Shown here: positions 63,996-64,000 of the stretch, one piece after another
Position numbering within the stretch: the first letter of the stretch is position 1
Layout of the letters: each line of letters begins with the position of its first letter
The notes under the pieces: model-generated
Told to the model about the DNA's origin: nothing
Database searches by the model: none
Seen by the model: the letters and a program-made list of their open reading frames with translations, nothing else
Program-made: the position numbers and the translations under genes
Assembly (NCBI GenBank): GCA_965287045.1
Contig: OZ336885.1
Span: 62,682,001 to 62,746,000, forward strand
DNA length: 64,000 nucleotides
From: Carcharhinus amblyrhynchos
Taxonomy: Eukaryota
Reading direction: 5' to 3'

Positions 63996-64000
63996 CACAC
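63949..64000. repeat. (CA)n microsatellite running to the window edge
   Basis: Direct CA run. Further CA runs at ~8477, ~33282, ~43464 and ~50446. Confidence 0.95.

Noticed and set aside
1-64000. CRISPR arrays, operons or other prokaryotic systems
   Set aside because: No regularly spaced repeat-spacer array; the sequence is vertebrate-like intronic DNA.

Overview
Eukaryotic genomic DNA, most likely from a cartilaginous fish (inferred from HE1/V-SINE-like SINEs, HER1/CR1-like LINE tails and shark-type Harbinger elements). Most of the supplied ORFs are noise or transposon debris. The real signal is a + strand host gene that the ORF track cannot show: 17 symmetric phase-1 micro-exons of exactly 27 or 36 nt, each bounded by AG...GT, spread from position 74 to 61723. 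Spliced, they give a stop-free 171-aa coiled coil built from three exon classes. Class A reads ExKLxxKEK, class B reads [ED]xxIx[DE]LKE, and class C reads ELSxCQxxLKDx with an invariant Cys. They are arranged first as an A-C 21-aa unit and then as a B-C-A-A' 39-aa unit, and several decayed exon copies lie between them. The start and end of the gene lie outside the window, so its identity is unresolved. The introns hold decayed CR1 LINEs, V-SINEs, a near-complete Harbinger element (transposase plus Myb/SANT gene), an apparent back-to-back fusion of two Harbinger halves, a foldback element, hairpins and microsatellites. Transposon boundaries were read by eye and are approximate.
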